From NCBI GenBank assembly GCA_053919585.1, contig CM132795.1: 64,000 nucleotides of DNA. One strand, 5' to 3'. The position numbers and the translations under genes were made by a program. The notes under the pieces are model-generated. The model saw nothing but the letters and a program-made list of their open reading frames with translations. It did no database searches and was not told the origin of the DNA. This DNA comes from Euprymna scolopes (taxonomy: Eukaryota). This document shows, piece after piece, positions 50,826 through 64,000 of the stretch (within the stretch, counting starts at the first letter, position 1; each line of letters starts with the position of its first letter).

Positions 50826-51426
50826 AGAGAAGGGTACAAAGTTGAGATCATATGTATGTAACTATGTACGTTGTGTTTGTTGTATAACGGACTATAGTCC
50901 TCGTCCTAAATGTCTATTTTAGTGGCCCTTGATTCTTCTAAGTGTTGGTGCATGCTTGCGTGTCACAACATATAATACACACAGCATATATATGACAACA
51001 TACCTATTTGTTTCTTCTGAGAGGTTTGTCAAACGTCCTTGGCGGAGCTGGAATCTGTTTAAAGGAACACTTCAAAACAGGACCCAAGACGATGTGAGAT
51101 ATTTTGTATTTTATTCACTCCCAAGTATTTATCACAGCAGAAGGAAGTGATCAACGATCTTTGGTTTGGGGGAGTTCTTCTGTCCCCATTCTGAGACCAC
51201 CCACGCCCTCATGGGAAGACCTGTTTTTAGCACACCTGTCTTCCTCGGTGTCTCCATTCCAACTGCTAAACTATGCTTGCACAAACCGGAACATGTGACA
51301 TGTGACATATCACTTACAGTCTCCATTCGCATCTTCCAGTACAAACTGACCGGTCACAGAGTTTGACAAAGTTTGACAACCTGTGAAAACATGACGATTC
51401 AAATGTCTGTTGTCCACTCATAGTAA

Positions 51427-51428
51427 GG

Positions 51429-51484
<56 letters not shown>

Positions 51485-51505
51485 TAGATAAAGAGATAGA
51501 TAGAC
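51427..51505. repeat. (GATA)n microsatellite
   Basis: Direct observation. Confidence 0.95.
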
Positions 51506-51548
51506 AGATGAACAGATAATTTACTGCTCCTACCCGGCTATTTTCTAA

Positions 51549-52000
51549 CAGGGCGATTCCAATATTTTTCCCGATTCCAATACAATTATCGATTCTGTAC
51601 TAAACTGCTGATTCTGATACAATTACTGATTCAGATTCTCTATAAATCTTTAAATATTTAACTATGCGGTTGTTATTTTTCCCGACTACTGGAGAAACAC
51701 ATGTTAAAAATGCAGATATTTTCCTAAACTTAAAAATACACTTGTGGAGGATGAGCTATTGAGTTTAGTTTTACTGATAGTTTGAAATCAATAAATATTT
51801 ATTATTTTATCATTATTACCAGCAACGGAAAATTTTGCTTTAAACAAAATCAAATAAAAATGACAATTGAAAGAATCAGTTTGGCATCAGAAAATAGACA
51901 CAAATTTTTCCGATTCCGATACTGGTTCTGATACTGATTCCGATACCCTCAAATGTTCTGATTTTCCCGATTCCAATATTGATTAATTGTCCCAACACTA
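51549..52000 (+). mobile_element. hAT-like MITE family copy
   Basis: Ends AATTGTCCCAACACTA, complementary to the TAGTGATGGGACGATT terminus of the 43198 copy. Confidence 0.7.
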
Positions 52001-52966
52001 ATTTCGTCTCTTTCAATTCTCTCATAATATTATCATTTTGTCGCCTTATCGGTTCATTAACCCTTATCCTCAAGTTGCTTTAGCCTTTATAAGTGGTGAC
52101 TCATTCGTATAAACAAAATATCTGTTCTTGTTTTATTTTGTTAATGAGAAGGATCATAAACATTTTGTTGGATCCTAATGTCCATCATGAAACCTCGGTT
52201 CGCCTACAAGCATTCATACAGCTTAAACGGGTTCACTCTTTGGCAACCGTAGCAGAAACATTATGGGCCATATCATAAAATGTTATGTAAGATAATAAGA
52301 GATAACGGGGCTTAATGAGAATTAATGAGACAGTGACGTCATGCCCATGGGAAACAAGAGCGTATATCAGGCATTTGATTTCGACAGGGTTTGATGTGTA
52401 ACAGATGACTCTTAACAAGTCACTCCCACCTGATGACGGGTAGCATCTGAGTATAAGATGTCATCCTAGGTTACTTTGATCCGTGTCCAAGATTCTTAAA
52501 TAAAGAGGAAAGAAGCATCTATAATACGCAATCATTTCCCTCTCATTAAATTTTTCCTTAGAGAAGCAGACGTCATGTAATCCAATTAAATATAGAAGAC
52601 AAATGATTCCAGCAGCATTAATTTAATAACTGAATTAAAGAATAAAACAATACATGCCCCCATTCAAAACTCTCCAGATCCACTTCTCTTTGATGCCAGT
52701 GACGTCTCCTTATATAACATATTGGGAAATATGATTTTCCATAGACAATTATAAGATTCATATGGAGCATTTTTTATAGGTAATTCTATTAGTAATTCGA
52801 ATTCATGCTTACCAAATTATTCCTTGAACTGAAACTATTGTTATTATATATATTTAATAATAAGTGAAGAAACACGGCATTGTCTGGGAGTTATTACGTT
52901 GGAGTGTTTTTTTTATAATTTACGATTTTATCTTTTTTATGGCACTTTTATAAAGTTAGATGATGT

Positions 52967-53038
<72 letters not shown>

Positions 53039-53759
53039 TAGCCAAACTATTTGCATGTTTTTGTTATGCTTGAAATATGATATAATTGTGAATAAACTAT
53101 GTACACTAATACCACAAAGGAGGAGGTAATCACTGAAACAATGATATCATGATAAAAGAATATGAAGTACACCCCCCCCTAAAAAGATGGCAATACTGAG
53201 AGGATGGTATCGTGATGAATGAACACTTAATATATAGGCCTCTCTCAAAAGATGAGATAATGCTTGGGAGGAATGTAGCATGACTAATGAAAGTGTACTA
53301 CCCTCCAAGATTTGAACAGAATCATACTTCAGCCCTGCAGCAACGAAGTCAGTGTTGGACTGATTGTCGAAAACATATCCTCGACTGGTAGAAAAATACG
53401 AACTCGTGGAGGTGTTATCAATAAGAAAATATCATGAGTTATTTTTTGATCAGTCGCTTTTAAAAGAAATACTAAAGTCTATAAAAAAGAAATCAATAGA
53501 ACTTGAAAAGTATTTATTGTGTTACTGTCGTACAGTTATCATTAATCAAATATTTACCGTTTAATTAAGATTAAAATATATCTGATGAATATTTATTAGT
53601 GATTAATTTACTAGCAGTTTCTCTAAGTGATTTAAAAAAAATAATAATTTCCATGTATTTATTTCATTAAATGAATACCTTTGCGTTATGAAAAAAAAAA
53701 ACAATTAGATTTTACTAGCAGGCCATTAAAAAAAAACGTTTACAAGTGTTTTTGATATT

Positions 53760-54265
53760 GATGTACATAAGAATACTTTGATAAGTATGTTTTAACTTAA
53801 ATAGGGATGGTATAATAAAATTGTGGGGTTTGCGTTTGCGCCTGGCCTCCATAGAATGGAAATAGGCACAAACTTTAATAAAGACTTTTCATATCTATCT
53901 GCATAAGTATACTTTGATAATTATGTTTCAGTTTGTAGAAATATGGTATAATAAAATTATGGGGTGTTCGTTCGCACCTGACCTCCATAGAATGGAAATA
54001 TGTCACAAAGTTTAACAAGGTTTTTTTTATATAGATCCACAGAATATTGTGATAAGTGTTTCAGTGAGAACAGGTATGGTATAATAAATTATGGGGTTTA
54101 TCTATTTTATTTTTACTTTCATCATATTTTGCTTTGGTTTTGATACCCCCAAATTCTACCCAAATTTATAACCCTTCCTTTTCATAACCTATCATATTTT
54201 CATAAATCAGAGTCCATTTTCTGTAGGCTGTTTTTGAACCCAGTCAACGACGGGTACTTTTGCTA

Positions 54266-54266
<1 letters not shown>
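53760..54266 (+). mobile_element. Non-autonomous Helitron with internal ~135-bp repeats (5' end uncertain)
   Basis: ACCCAGTCAACGACGGGT hairpin + CTAG|T; GGTATAATAAA(A)TT.TGGGGT occurs three times. Confidence 0.6.
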
Positions 54267-54310
<44 letters not shown>

Positions 54311-54322
54311 TAATTTAGTAAT

Positions 54323-54486
54323 GTAATTTATAAAATATATATGGCGATTAAGCTACACTGAATATTTCGCGTTTCATCCACTCTAGGACTCTTCATGCTT
54401 ATGCGCATAAGCCTGAAGAGTTCTAGAGTGGATGAAACGCGGAATATTCAGTGTAGCTTAATCACCATATATATTTTATAAATTAC
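54323..54486. mobile_element. Penelope-like palindromic terminal repeat between (TA)n tracts
   Basis: 164-bp loop-less palindrome centred on 54404/54405 with about 4 mismatches. Confidence 0.75.
54408..54460 (+). ncRNA. Type I hammerhead ribozyme
   Basis: Stem I TAAGC/GCTTA; core CTGAAGA (54413-54419); stem II GTTC-TAGAGT-GGAT; GAAA (54434-54437); stem III ACGC..GAATATTC..GTGT; cleavage triplet GTA (54453-54455). Confidence 0.8.
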
Positions 54487-54590
54487 TAACTAGCTCTATC
54501 TACGTCTTGAGCACTTTTGAAGTAAATACTTAAAGTTTACGCATAAATCTATACTTTCATACATTAATTTTATGTGAGAAAATTAAGTAG

Positions 54591-54644
<54 letters not shown>

Positions 54645-55809
54645 CTACTTATGGCAAGAATCTTTATTCTAATTTAGATATATATATATATATAACTACT
54701 TATGGCAAGAATCTTTATTCTAATTTAGATAAAAATCAGTTACATAATTTAGATTCTAAAATGTTTAAAATTTAATGCTTACGCTTACGGTATCTCTAGA
54801 AGAAATTGAAGTTCAAATAATACTACTTGATTGATGTTTGATTACTATGGATCAAAGATAATGCAAATCTGTAATATTTGAATTTTCAAATAGGAATTGT
54901 TCCCATATTATGTTCTCTAAAAGTCTTAAATAAACTCCAGACTAACTGAAATTTGGGGAATATTTATTAGTTGATGACTAATATCGAATTAGCAAAAAAT
55001 TTACTAATCGTAGATATCTGAATTTTCACAAAGACCTTTTATCTTTTCTTTTCGGTCCTTGTGTAAAACTAAATTAATTATAGTATTACCTACATTGACA
55101 ACCCTTTCGCCAAGCAACTGCATTCCAAAATCCATAATGATCGGTTACTTAGTTTAGGAGTGAATCCTATGCATACCAATAAATAAATGTATACACATAC
55201 CCAAGGTTATCTAAATAGAGATAATCTGTAAGAATGCAATCGAATTACTTTGCTCAAAATCGATTTATCGGTTTCTCATTTCTCTGTATGCTCTCAGTGA
55301 TATAATAGTTTTCTGTTTTGCAAAGATTAGATACGTTCTATTGGAAAATATTTAGACGAGATTTTCAAATTTATGCAGAACTTAGTTTCCACAGGTGAAA
55401 ATGACTTACTATTGGCAATAATATTTTTACTTTAAGCAAAATATGTCATCTGCATAATATTAGAACTCTGATACTATTTCTTTCTTTCGTATTAAATATA
55501 TAGAAAGATCAATGAATAGAGAATTGCTGTGAAAAAAAAAAGAATAGAAGGAAGGGAATTAGAAATAGGAGCAGCAATGTACGAGTAAGAGTATGGCGCT
55601 AATAAATTAATAATAATATTGGGCCAGTCACAATTGCAACAAAAGTTTTGATTGGATGACGCAAATATGGTTTTAATCAGTAGTAGCAATGGTTTAAGCG
55701 TTTTTGTTACAATTTCAAAGCTTATTGATGAAATATCACTATATTTTTAGATTGAAAGCAGACAGTAAATTTCTTTTTATCTCTAGATGTACTTTAATAA
55801 TTTCTACAA

Positions 55810-57110
55810 ATGAGTCACTATTTATCAAGGCCAAAATCCCCTCAAGAATAAGGGTTAACGAAATTAAATTATTCTAAATTGAAAGATGTCATGAAACGAC
55901 TAATGCAAATTATTGAGTTCGACCGTTTGTGACAAGTATTTGTTGACACTGATTTTGAGACAACCACGTGAACTGTAGGGAAGCAGTCCCATGATAATTT
56001 GTTCCCCAGACAGGAAGCCTTTGCAAAGAAGCTCTTTTTTTGGAAATTTAGCCTGACGCTAGACACACGGTGGGAGAAGGGAGAGTTTTTTTCTTGTGGT
56101 ATCAAAATGATATATTATTGTGAATGTCTTACAAAGTGTACATAGAGATTAGATGTCAATCGAGCATTTTCCATGAAATAACAATGGAATAAAAAAGAGA
56201 AAGGGTTTGTAAGGAACAGAAGAGATAATCCCCACTAGATTTAAAATTCGATTTTGTACTCTGTTAAGGAACAAAGGAGTGCACTAAGTGGCGTCTCCTT
56301 CAGATATGGCGGCAGTACTCCATCTTAGATCGTATCTGACTCTTATAACAGTTAAGGACTGCACTAGTAGTTAGGTACTTTCTATGGTGATAGAATGATC
56401 CAATCATTTTCCCAGGGACTTTAGCAATAGATTTGATATAAGACTTCAATTTGAAATTTGGAGTGAAAATCATGAAAGCAAATGGCTTCCTCAGTGAGTA
56501 AACTATTTATATATTTAGCATAATAGCAAGCTTGATTAAAGTCACACACCACTTTTCCCTGTTGCATTATGTGCTTCTATTCAGAAAAAAAAAGGAAATC
56601 AGTGAGAGCTTAATCACAAGTATTCTTGAAGATGTTGCCATAAACAGATTATCATCTCCATAGATGTCAACATGATCTCAGAATATGATTTGGAAGATCA
56701 GTGATGAAGATCAGGAAGAGAGTTGGGTCTAATATAGATCCTCGAGGTATATCAGCGTTGATACTATGTACTAAAGATTTCTGTGCGTCAGCAAGTACGT
56801 TCATAGACCTATCAAAAAGAATGGATTCGAATGTTGCAAAGATATTGCTATATATTTCATAACTAGCAAATCTGTGAAACAAACCTTTGTGACGGATCCT
56901 ATCAAAGTCGTTTGAAAGTATGTTGGAGTCTATTGCTCCAAAAAACAAAGTCGCCATCAAGAGAATCGCTGATCCGATGCGATATCACTTAACACATCAA
57001 CTGTTGATTTTGCAAGACGAACTTCATATTGCTTGTCGCTGAGTAAATTGCTTTTGCTGAGGTGGTTGGCAACTTCGCATATTCTAACAGCTCATGATGC
57101 AATAGCAAAC
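55810..57110 (-). mobile_element. CR1-group LINE, heavily decayed
   Basis: INADIPRGSILDPTLFLIFITDL; 3' UTR motif TTATCAAGGCC...ATAAGGGTTA shared with 25002-25039. Confidence 0.8.
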
Positions 57111-57484
57111 TGAAATATCGATCTTTTCTATTCGGTCGGTTAAGTGGACAAATGTATGTCCTAATGTAAATTATACTTAAACGTTGATTCAATAGTTCAC
57201 GGGTCGTTTTGTATTTTATAAAATTCAGTTCATTAACGCACTCAAGGATTGTAATTGAATATTTTTAATTTTAGAGAGTTTAAAATTTCGGTTTGTTGTA
57301 TGCCAGTGCAAGCTAACTATTTGTGCCAATTTGCATGCTGCTAAGCTTTTTCATCAATGCGCTGATTTGGATAGAACCATTAGCAGGTAATCTTGACAAG
57401 ATAAACACTATTTGTATGGATATTATAAAATCGACAAGGAATTTGCTTAAAGTCCATCTGACTTTGCCGTTACCTATATAATGT

Positions 57485-57745
57485 TAACTCGGCGTATTAA
57501 TGTTGACGCACTGATTCTTGTTAGATCACTAAATATAGCAAGGCTAAGCCTGGTCGATACCTGATGGGTGACCATTTGAAACTACCAGGCGCTGTATGTA
57601 GGAGGGCGTCGATACCTCCCTGCAAGAACTGCGAAAACCTAACGCTATCATCTCCCCTAACAGGGATATACATGGTACCGTATATGAATTTGATATTCCC
57701 TAAGTATTTCCTCCTCCGGGTGAAGCCTGTTCAACCTGCTTAGCT
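57485..57745 (+). mobile_element. 5S-derived SINE (SINE3-like), family B copy 2
   Basis: GTTAGATCACT...GATGGGTGACCATTTGAAACTACCAGGCGCTGTA head; body ending TTCCTCCT...GTTCAACCTGC as in the 20398 copy. Confidence 0.75.
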
Positions 57746-58158
57746 TTAATGTCGCTTACAATAAAATGTTTACTCGGTTCAGAAAAACGTGCATATAGAC
57801 TTTTCACGTCAAATAAAATCAATAACTATTTGACAAACACTAGAGAATCTAAGTAAAATGCCAGAGCGGCGGTTGTTCGTCTCTGCTTCGCGGTGGAATA
57901 ATTTGACAGATAAGCATTCACTTACTTTCTGCGACATTCGTTAAGCACAATACAGACAATTGTGCTCACGAATTGCAACTCGTTGCGTTGGATACAATCA
58001 TATTCATACGGAAACATCTGCCTCGGTTCGAGATAGAATTAAGAAAATAATTGTCAGCTGTTTTTATGCATTTTTCATTCCGATGAACAATGCTATCATC
58101 GCTCGGAAGGTTTGTGTTAAATAAAATATCACGCGCAAAACAAAACCTCGCGCAGCTG

Positions 58159-58241
<83 letters not shown>

Positions 58242-58439
58242 GTTGTTATTGTTTAAGAAAACAAAAACATTTGATCCATTGCTTATATCATTTATTCCAA
58301 ATATTCCAACGTATTCCCGAAAATTGGAAATATCTGCGATGCTGGTTTTGTGTACACACAAACAAACACGATCGAGAAAAAGGTAAACGAAAGTAAATTT
58401 CCCCGGGGCTTAATTATACACCTATGGAAAGGGAGGAGA

Positions 58440-59383
58440 GAAGGGCTGTACGAGCAAAATACCTCATAAAAGATGCGTCTGTTTAATTTATTCGTTTATT
58501 TATGGTATTTCAAACTTATGCGTAACGGACCAACCAACATTTAAAAATGCTCTTTAAAAAGTAAGCGTGATGGACCAACGGATGAAAAAAACTGGTATCT
58601 TAAGATGCGTCCTTTTAATTTGCTTATCAACGTATGTTAAAATCTATTTCAAAATAAAATGGGTATTTAAAACGTATGCGTAACGGACTAAAATGCTATT
58701 TCAAACGCATGCATAACGGACTAACAAATGCTGTAAAAATGCTATTTCAAACCCATGCGTAACGAACCAAGTGACATCTAAAATGCTATTGAAAACATGT
58801 GTAACGGACAAAACAACGTATAAAAATGCTATTTAAAATTTAAGCGTGACGGACTAATGGCCTCGCCGATTGGTAGAGGATTTTTTTTTTGCCATGTCAA
58901 GAATGGATATTCTAAAGAGGCGTCTGTTCAATCTGCTTGTTAACTTATGAAAAAGATGGAGCTAGTGCACTCATTGACCCGCGCTATTTTTTAATAGTAT
59001 TTCCAAGTTTAATTAAAGTTTTCTGATATCTGTTTTTATATAATTGTAGAATATGTACACACACTCTCCCCTTTCCATGTTAAAAATGGCTTTCTAAATA
59101 ATAACGTTATTATTTTAGCACGGATCAATAAGTACACTAGTACCAAAAAGATCTGGCAAAATGATGCGTAACGGACAAAACAACATATAAAAATGTCATT
59201 CCAAACCAATTAAACAAGAGTACTTGAATTTCAATTTAACCAACTTAACGAACAACCAAAATCTAAAGATGGTATTTAAAACTCGTACGCAACCGACCAA
59301 TTAACAACTAAAATGTGTAACGGAAAATGTGACAACTGATGATTGACTGCTGGACAGAAATCAAAAAGTTTCGAATCTAAAAA
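58440..59383 (-). mobile_element. Helentron/HINE-like element with internal tandem motifs
   Basis: Repeated TGCGTAACGGAC and AAATGCTATTT motifs; terminus GAATCTAAAAA (TTTTTAGATTC on the minus strand). Confidence 0.5.
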
Positions 59384-59939
59384 TGATACAATTCCTTCGA
59401 CGCCGATAAAACATTGATTAATTATTTTTGTGTTTTACCAGTTTTCCTCACACTTGGCATAATCATGTGTATGTGTTCTCCGCTTATCTCAGCATTGTTT
59501 CCAGTGTCCTGAATTTATATACTTGCAACTAGAAGTAAAACAGTTCCGACTGAGGAGGGGGAGAGGTGTGGTTAAAGATTGCGAAACTGTTGCCACAAAA
59601 TTTTCACGTGGGTATCCATAGTCTGTCAAGACTGAATGGAGCCTTTATTGCGCTCACACAATTTCGATCCTTGATTGAGTCAGAAAACCTCAAGAATTTC
59701 TTTGCTGTCCTCTGGAACCAACGTGTAGTGTTCTGTAGCATTGGAATCTATTTTTCTTTTAATCTTTTTCTCTGTCAATTCGCTAAACATGTGTTTCACA
59801 AAGTTTGCCTAAAAGTAAGATTTCATTGATGTGATTTTGTGTTGTGTAGAATCACATCCAAAGTGAGATCGATGATTCCCATTGCAAGAAAGAAAATAGA
59901 TTTTGCAAATATAGATTTAGTAATGTATAATATTTTTTT

Positions 59940-60605
59940 TACACATCTGCCTGGTGCCTGGTGGAGGTGTTTGATGAAAAAGCCACCAAATGAGGGGAGT
60001 CGTTCGGGTGGATTGTCTGGAGAAGATATCTCACCGAAACAAGAAATATGGAAAGTATCCTGTACCTCTATAAGGTCACCATTCGCCCATGTATGGAGTA
60101 CTGTTGTCACATTTGGACTGGTGCATCTGCTACTAGTATCTCACTCCTGGACAGGGTTCAAAAGAGAGTCGCCAACCTGATAGGTCCTGAAATGTCATCT
60201 AAGCTTCGGCCTCTATCTCACTGACGAAATGTTGTATCCCTCTGCCTGTTCTACAAGTATTTTAATGGTGAATGCTCTGACAAGCACTTGTGCCTCCACG
60301 ATGTAAATACCCACGACTAACCCAAGCAGCAAAATTCCACCCCTACACAGTAGAGATCCCTAGGTGTAAGAAAGCCTTCTACTCCAATAGTTTCTTCCCC
60401 AGACTTTGGAACTCCCTTCTGGGACTCTGCTTTCCCAATTGTACTGACATGCAGAAGTTCAAGTGTAATGTGAACAGACATCTTGCTGCTCATCTCCCTT
60501 CATAATATCCCTGCAACTTATGTCCCCGATCGTAGCCCCCTACTTCAAAGTGGCACTGAGTCTTGTTTGGGGTGAACATTGAATAAAAAGAAAAAGAAAA
60601 AAAAA
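59940..60605 (+). mobile_element. CR1-group LINE 3' fragment with A-rich tail
   Basis: LYLYK..IRPCMEYCCHIWTGAS; FHPYTVEIPRCKKAFYSNSFFPRLWNSL...FKCNVNRHL. Confidence 0.85.
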
Positions 60606-61620
60606 TAAGAACATTCTATATTTGGGGGGGGGGGGGTCGCTCTAGAAAAAGTGTAAAGCGACTTGATGTAAGGAGCTAACAAGGACGAAAGATGATTATT
60701 GCAAAATAAGGAGGCGCTTACTGGCCATTGTATTAACAAGAGTGAGGCTATAAATAAGAGGGAAACAATCAGCAGATGTTGGAACAAGGCTACTGGAATA
60801 GGAAGCTATATTACAATGGAGTATCAACATAGCATATTGATGGAGACCACTAGACACGAGTCAAATGAGCTGGAACAAAAGAAGCAGGGAATAGATCAGA
60901 ACATTCTGAAGAATACATGCCATTATAGTATCTATAGAAACTATATAAACAATACAGAGGTTTTATATATATTCAAATATACAAAGTTTACATATAACCG
61001 TATAAGTAGTAAAATATTCTGGGATGAAATCTTTATGATTACAAAAGTTTATAAAGTTAAAGTTCAGTGGATGATATTATAGGAATTTAATACCATTCCA
61101 AAATACTCATACAGAAGTCCACAAATGATATTACAATTAATATATGTAAACCATTAATTGATTCCCTGTGTCTGCACACGGGTTTGTATTAATGAAATTA
61201 TCGACGTAATTACCAAGTTTTACATTTACAGAATCTTGGATCGCAAGAGCGTTCAGCATTAAGTAATTATTGCATCAGAGGATAGACCTTATACAGCATC
61301 TGAAACAGACGACTGGTTGTACTAATTTGGACAAATCTTCCTCAAACTACTAGAGAATAAAATGAAACAAGCATTACATCTCATCATATTATAATGGAGA
61401 ATTGGTGTCTGTAACCACAACTGTTATATTTCCTTAAAGTACCATATACTATTCTCAAAAATGATTTAATCTGAAACATTAGAAACTATTATGCATCTTT
61501 CTAACAGCTTCCTATCCAACCCCCACCCTGATTGCCCCTTCTATAAATTTGGCCTCTATCAAAGTAGCCCTTAGGCTTTAATGGTAATATGCCATGTTTA
61601 TGGTGAGCGTATACATGTAT

Positions 61621-62044
61621 TAGTGCTGAGACGATTAATCAGAATCGGGAATCAGAAAAATTGAATTTTTTTTTATTATATCAGAACCGGAAAAATTTAT
61701 GCATATGTTCCGATGCCAAAAACGATTCCTTTAATTATCTTTTTTATTTGGTTTTGTTTAAATCAACATCTTCCACTGCTGGTAATAATAATAAAATAAT
61801 AAATATTTATTGATTTTAAACTACAAGTAAAATTAAAATCTACTGATAACCCCTCCGCCCCTGCTCCCCCGCCACAAGCGTGTTTTTTCGTTTGAAAAAT
61901 ATATATACTTTTAATATGTGTTTTTACTTTGATGGAAAATTAAAAAAATAACAACTTGATAGTTAAATATTTAGAAAGTTATAAAGAATCAGAATTGGTA
62001 ATGGTATCAGAATCGAGAAAAATATTAGAATTGTCCCATCATAT
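61621..62044 (-). mobile_element. hAT-like MITE family copy with both termini
   Basis: TAGTGCTGAGACGATT ... AATTGTCCCATCA. Confidence 0.7.
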
Positions 62045-62109
62045 ATATATATATAAAGTTAGGTACGTGTATATGTTTATATATTTGTATATAAAGGACC
62101 CACTCTAAA

Positions 62110-62739
62110 TGTAACTAACCCATTCATTTCAGAACCAGTTGCTTTACACATGGAATAATCGATGGCTGGCCTACAGTTTGCATGAAGTTTTGTGCATCAT
62201 CAAGAGTAAATTTCCTCAAACTGTGATGCTTTTTTAGGGTGTTTTCAGTGAAGACCACATCATGCTGCCCAACATCTTTGAAAATGGATTCAGATTCAAT
62301 TAAAATGGTTATACTGAATTGCTGGTAATTGTTTTTAAATTCTGAGTAGAGAGGGTGGTTGTGGGAATAGGGTGGCAGTCTAAGAACTTCCACAACATTA
62401 TCAGTCCCAGCATCTACCCTTCGCCTGCCCCAATTGCAATCCCCTGGACTATTATATAAGGATAACCGTTGAGAAAGATAACAATAATACCACCTTAAAC
62501 ATCAAGAGCGAGCTGATTGCCAGGATCCACCTGATGTTCAGATGTTATTAAGCATATACTGGTAGGTTTGCCAGCACTAGGTTCAGGTACCGTCTGGATA
62601 CCACAGTATTCTCAAGACGGCTTCACCGAGGAAACTGTATTCAACAAAAGTGATGCACTTTGCAGTTCAATCAATTATTTGCCAAGATATGATTTTTCTT
62701 TTCTTTCCAAAAGACGTCCAATTTTTCTGGAACACCCTG
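62110..62739 (-). mobile_element. Tc1/mariner remnant
   Basis: EVLRLPPYS motif; terminus TTTTCTGGAACACCCTG|TA. Confidence 0.55.
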
Positions 62740-63769
62740 TACTATAAATCGTTTACTGAATACTATATAATGTATACTATACCATATACTATACTATATA
62801 CTATAACGTTCATACTATACTAGCAAACATTGTGTGGTAGTAAATGTGGATCGCGATATACCTATGTTATTATCCTCTATATACTTTTATACTATATCGC
62901 ATATATTGAATACTATATAATGTATACTATACCATATACTATACTATAGATTTAATAGTATACACTACCTAGTAATAAATGGAGACAACTCTGCACCCAT
63001 GTTTCTAGCTTCAGACCTGTGACGTTCCTGTCACGGACAACGCCAAGTGACCCACAAAACAGTGTCGCCATAAGACAAGGCAGTCTCTTTACGTAAGCCA
63101 CTAGGGAATTAAAACATGCCATCGGGATTAGTCAATCAACAACCCTTATTTGTTTGATTTACGTGTGTAGGTGGGTGACCCCCTTCCCCCTCGCTATGGA
63201 CAACGACACGTGCTGTCTGGAAGAGAAACTTTTCTGCTGTCATCAGACACCGGAAAAATTGTTTCCGTGCGAGAATGAAAATGATGAAAAGAAAAACGCC
63301 ATGCGGGCTGATGAGATCGATAAAACAGAACAACCATTTATGTAATCCTGAAGAGGGCGACTCATTAACTGGATAGTACAAGGCCATCAATTTGGGAGTA
63401 CTGAGAACGTGAAAAGAAGAAGGAGAGTGATGGAACACTATTTCAATCCGAATGGAATTAAAAGCAATGAATTCGTTGCAGCCTGAACTGATAAACGCGA
63501 CTCCCCATGATGGTCATTGAACATTCGGGATCGTCGATTTTTTTAAATTTTGTTTTGAACAAAGAACTCCGTTGGACTGATTTTATACTGTGGATCGGAT
63601 TTACTCAAGGAGACATAAGGCCTTATGTATTAATGTCCCCATATGGACTTACCGAATGAAACAAGTTGGTGTCCCTTTGTTCCTCTTTCTATATCTCTCT
63701 AAAGTCTCTCTCTTTTGAAAACAAAATAAAATCTTGTATTATATTCGATACTTGTTAATCGAATTAAAA

Positions 63770-64000
63770 TATCTTTGAAATGAACGTATTTATACAAATT
63801 AACGTATTTATGCAAATTAACGTATTTATGCAAATTATGTATTTATGCAAATTAACGTATTTATGTAATGAACGTATTTATGCAAATTAACGTATTTATG
63901 CAAATTATGTATTTATGTAAATTAACGTATTTATGTAAATGAACGTATTTATGCAAATTAACATATTTATGTAAATTAACGTATTTATGAAAATTAACAT
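63770..64000. repeat. Minisatellite, ~18-bp unit, runs off the window
   Basis: AACGTATTTATG(C/T)AAATT repeated about 12 times. Confidence 0.95.

Noticed and set aside
52899-58386. ORFs containing IYIYIY runs
   Set aside because: Artefacts of (TA)n microsatellites.

Overview
AT-rich, repeat-dominated eukaryotic (most likely invertebrate animal) draft-assembly DNA with three N-gaps; nothing prokaryotic and no CRISPR array. Most of the window is decayed transposable elements: a ~13.5 kb minus-strand BEL/Pao LTR retrotransposon (6395-19863) whose right-hand repeat is split by a 5.1 kb Academ (XPG-type) DNA transposon, R4/Dong-type and CR1-group LINE fragments, a Gypsy integrase remnant, Tc1/mariner remnants, many non-autonomous Helitrons/Helentrons, MITEs, solo-LTR-like repeats, SINEs and mini/microsatellites. 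The only convincing host-gene candidate is an intronless 189-aa two-transmembrane orphan ORF (24024-24593). The most interesting signals are non-coding and RNA-based: a 164-bp palindrome encoding an apparently intact type I hammerhead ribozyme (Penelope-like), 5S-rRNA-derived SINEs including one with a twin-priming-type inversion, U2 snRNA 5' fragments inside a Helentron-like element, and an HDV-like ribozyme remnant. I cannot show that any of these is a new system. All family assignments come from motif recognition by eye, not database searches, and boundaries of decayed elements are approximate.
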